Shown piece by piece: positions 61,601 to 64,000 of a stretch of 64,000 nt of DNA. The first letter of the stretch is position 1, and the number at the start of each line of letters is the position of its first letter. Location: NCBI GenBank assembly GCA_052327205.1, contig CM126219.1, forward strand, positions 40,982,001-41,046,000, written 5' to 3'. Source of the stretch: Somniosus microcephalus (Eukaryota). Made by a program: the position numbers and the translations under genes. The notes beneath the pieces are model-generated. The model worked only from the letters and a program-made list of their open reading frames with translations. It had not been told where the DNA came from and searched no databases.

Positions 61601-62754
61601 TTTTATTAAATGAATGCACTAAAGCAAGGAGCACTGAATACATAGTACAGGAAATAATGAAATATAATGTGCTCGGGGTAGATTATCCACCCGTTGACAA
61701 TGAGTGCGTGCTAAACCTAGCCCAGTCATTTATTTAAGTACATGGAGCTCCGTACTTCTAAAACCTTTATTCCTTTTTTTAAATAACATTTCTGTAGTAC
61801 TTCAGATCTGTTTTTTGTGCATCTAAGCAAAACTCTGAGCAGCTCAAAACAAGAGTGCTCTGTTTATTTAGTGCTTTACTCGGGGATTTCCAGTTGCGGT
61901 ACACTCCCCAGTTGCTAAAGTTAGCACCGACAGGAAATCATTCCCCACCCCCTCCCTGTGTGTATAATGTTAAACACTGAAGCTGACAAATCCATGACAT
62001 TACGTGTACCCAGAAAAAGCAGCCAGGCCAATAATTCAGCGTGACAAGCCACAAAGCTGCCAGCTGCAAGTGAGAGCTGTTCCAGGAAAAGAGTCATCCA
62101 GTCAAGCTCTATTATTCCTGGAAATATACAGCAGGTCATCTTCTATGAAATGTAACAACCACCAAAACAACCCCAAAATGGAAGGCTTCATTAAAACTGA
62201 TAGTGCATCCTGAGAGCTTTCTGTACAACCACTTAGCTGGATTTTAAACACTGCATTGTTTAAATATCATATGTGCTTTTTGAAGTAAATACTCGCTGCT
62301 AAGGTCTTTTATTTGCTTGTGTAATGTGTTTCCCACTTTAAATTTCTAACACCGCTTTTCGAATTAACCATTTGAATACTGAATTTTACTGATGTACTTT
62401 TACATGTTTTTCCATATTTTTTCACATGTACAAAATTCAGTACTATTGACTGTTAATATTTACACAGGTATGGTTTTGTACAGTGGAGTAAACATGCAGT
62501 AGAGCCACTTCTCAAGGCTAAAACATAAAATGACTGTTTATGGACAGCTCACACAGATAGCTCGTACAAAGCATTTCTTTACAAGGCCCACTTCCCCCTT
62601 ACAACAGATTTAGTACATTGTTCCAAAGATAATATTGTAAAGGTGATTTACTATTTGTAGAAATATAGAAAGGAGGTGTCATAGCCAGCAATAAAATATG
62701 ATAAATAACTCTGCAAGTGAGATAAAAAGAAAAAAAAAACCACTGCCAATTCCA

Positions 62755-62915
62755 GAAACCAAAACCAGAAGATGCTGGAAATGCATAGCCACCTATTATA
62801 ACATCTATAAAGAGAAAAGATGGATTTGTCTATAAACCCTTTGTCAGAACATCAAGCTGCCTTTTTACAGCTGCTGATGAACCTTCTGGATATTTTCACT
62901 ATTTTCGTTTTTTTG
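62755..62915. mobile_element. Degraded Penelope-like remnant
   Basis: AAAACCAGAAGATGCTGGAAAT...AACCCTTTGTCAGAAC, reverse-similar to 25320-25425. Confidence 0.5.
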
Positions 62916-63939
62916 ACTGGAACAATGAGGCTGACAGGATAATTCAAGACCGAGAAAATTGTAAGTACAGTATGCAGCAACCAGCCTCCTGAGTGGAGAT
63001 ATTGGTCATATTTTATTGCTGGTCCAAATGTAATCTCCTCATGTTGCACTTGAATTAATTAATTAATAATATTTTAAAAAATTAATTCGTATTTTAACTT
63101 TATTTTTCTGTTCATTTTAATGGGAATATTACAATGCTCAAGAGTCCCAGAGCTGCCTGGTTGCCATTTTGAAAATCCCTTGAAGTGGATATCAAAGCAA
63201 AGAGTCATATTCCTCAGTTTTTCTTATCTTGAAAGACTTGTAAAGAGACCAGTTCTGTGCGGGAGTGTATAAAATCACGGACCACAGTGCAAGCTTTCTG
63301 TAGTTAGTAGCTCATTGAAGTCTGATCTGTGAAAGCTTGGCTTTCATTACATATGATGGCTGCCAAGCATAAGGCAGGTTAGTGAGGGGTTTTATTGTGG
63401 AAAAACACAATCGTCAATCTTACATACACATTTTTATAATGCAGTTTATTTCTTTTGGAGAAAAGAAAACCTGAGGACTCCATGACTTATTTTTGCCCTG
63501 CAGCAGCATGTTCTGTTTTATTATTTTTTTTTAATATTCAACATCCAACAATCCAATACAGAAATAATTAGTACAGCTGCCAATGGAAAATATATAGCAT
63601 GGAGCGAGACAGCTGTAATATTGTGTGAATTACTTTATTTTATCACCTGCACATGGTTAGTATTCCATCGTGCAGTTATTCATGCATTCTGATAAGGGCG
63701 CTCTGATTTGACGTGAACAATTGCTTCCTTTAAATTGCAGTCGATCTTGGGAGAATGGCTCAAGTGCTCAGATTTCTCACATTTGCTAATGGAAGGTTCA
63801 GCTGATCTTCCTGTAAACCAGCTGCCCCTGTGGGCTTCATTATTTTGCACACTGGCTGTGACAGTTTTGCCAGTGCACATGCGCAAAGCACGAGTGTCAT
63901 GATGCCAGTGAGAAGTGATGTCATGAAACTACAGTACAT

Positions 63940-64000
63940 AGCTGTCTGTGGGAGCTTGCTAAGTGCAAATTGGTTGCTGCATTTCCTGCATTACAACAGT
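63940..64000 (+). mobile_element. Deu SINE fragment running off the window
   Basis: GCTGTCTGTGGGAGCTTGCT..GTGCAAATTGG.TGC.GCATTTCC..CATTACAACAGT. Confidence 0.75.

Overview
Repeat-dense vertebrate DNA, very probably from a shark or other chondrichthyan: it carries HER1-type CR1 tails, Deu-domain SINEs and shark-type Penelope remnants. I found no recognisable host protein-coding exon. The window is a multi-layer nest of mobile elements: many CR1 LINEs (one near full length), a second CR1-clade LINE family, two degraded autonomous-type PIF/Harbinger transposons (transposase plus spliced Myb/SANT gene), six Harbinger-type MITEs, two full Mag-like Ty3/Gypsy elements (one with an intact ORF and apparently identical LTRs), three solo LTRs, a non-autonomous Helitron and a 77-bp CpG-rich tandem array at a CR1 5' end. 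The strongest signal is in the two Gypsy elements. Neither has a tRNA primer-binding site. Instead each has, 1 nt after its 5' LTR, a 13-nt sequence exactly complementary to its own LTR segment ending in AATAAAA, and the two families differ by compensating changes. This suggests tRNA-independent self-priming, possibly coupled to masking of the poly(A) signal. Both elements also sit inside the Myb gene of a Harbinger transposon. Boundaries given without a TSD or TIR are approximate.
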